Below, piece after piece: positions 38,365 through 39,138 of a DNA stretch of 39,138 nucleotides. The position numbers were made by a program, and so were the translations under genes. The DNA lies in the IMG/VR virus record IMGVR_UViG_2541047828_000002, positions 1 through 39,138 of that record; one strand, 5' to 3'. Numbering within the stretch: the first letter of the stretch is position 1; each line of letters starts with the position of its first letter. Source of the DNA: a virus (lineage: Duplodnaviria > Heunggongvirae > Uroviricota > Caudoviricetes). The notes under the pieces were generated by a model, which was not told where the DNA came from, searched no databases, and worked only from the letters and a program-made list of their open reading frames with translations.

Positions 38365-39138
<774 letters not shown>

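Overview
The window runs from the chromosomal proA gene and tRNA-Thr (thrW) into a lambdoid prophage integrated at the 3' end of thrW, which fills the rest of the window (about 1.45–39.1 kb). All protein-family calls are made by eye from the translations and from remembered family signatures; no database search was run. The prophage is mosaic: a P22-type integrase/excisionase, a short leftward arm (PAPS-reductase-like gene, HD-domain hydrolase), a CI/Cro immunity switch with two palindromic operators, a replication gene carrying intragenic 15-bp iterons, a nin-like block (Dam-type methyltransferase, LexA-DNA-binding-domain-only protein, RusA, KilA-N protein, HNH-motif protein), Q antiterminator, lambda-like lysis cassette (holin, R, Rz/Rz1), HK97-like packaging and head genes, a Mu-like contractile tail and baseplate module, then tail fibre and assembly chaperone. 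No attR copy of the thrW 3' end was seen, so the prophage probably continues past the window. Several AT-rich accessory genes interrupt the backbone. The strongest candidate for an undescribed function is a KAP-family P-loop NTPase (13029–14360, minus strand) inserted between Q and the lysis genes, which is a PifA-like abortive-infection/defence candidate. Other candidates are a membrane-anchored protein in the rex-equivalent position beside cI, an exported OB-fold protein inside the tail module, and an O-antigen-type acyltransferase plus GIY-YIG nuclease-domain gene at the right end.
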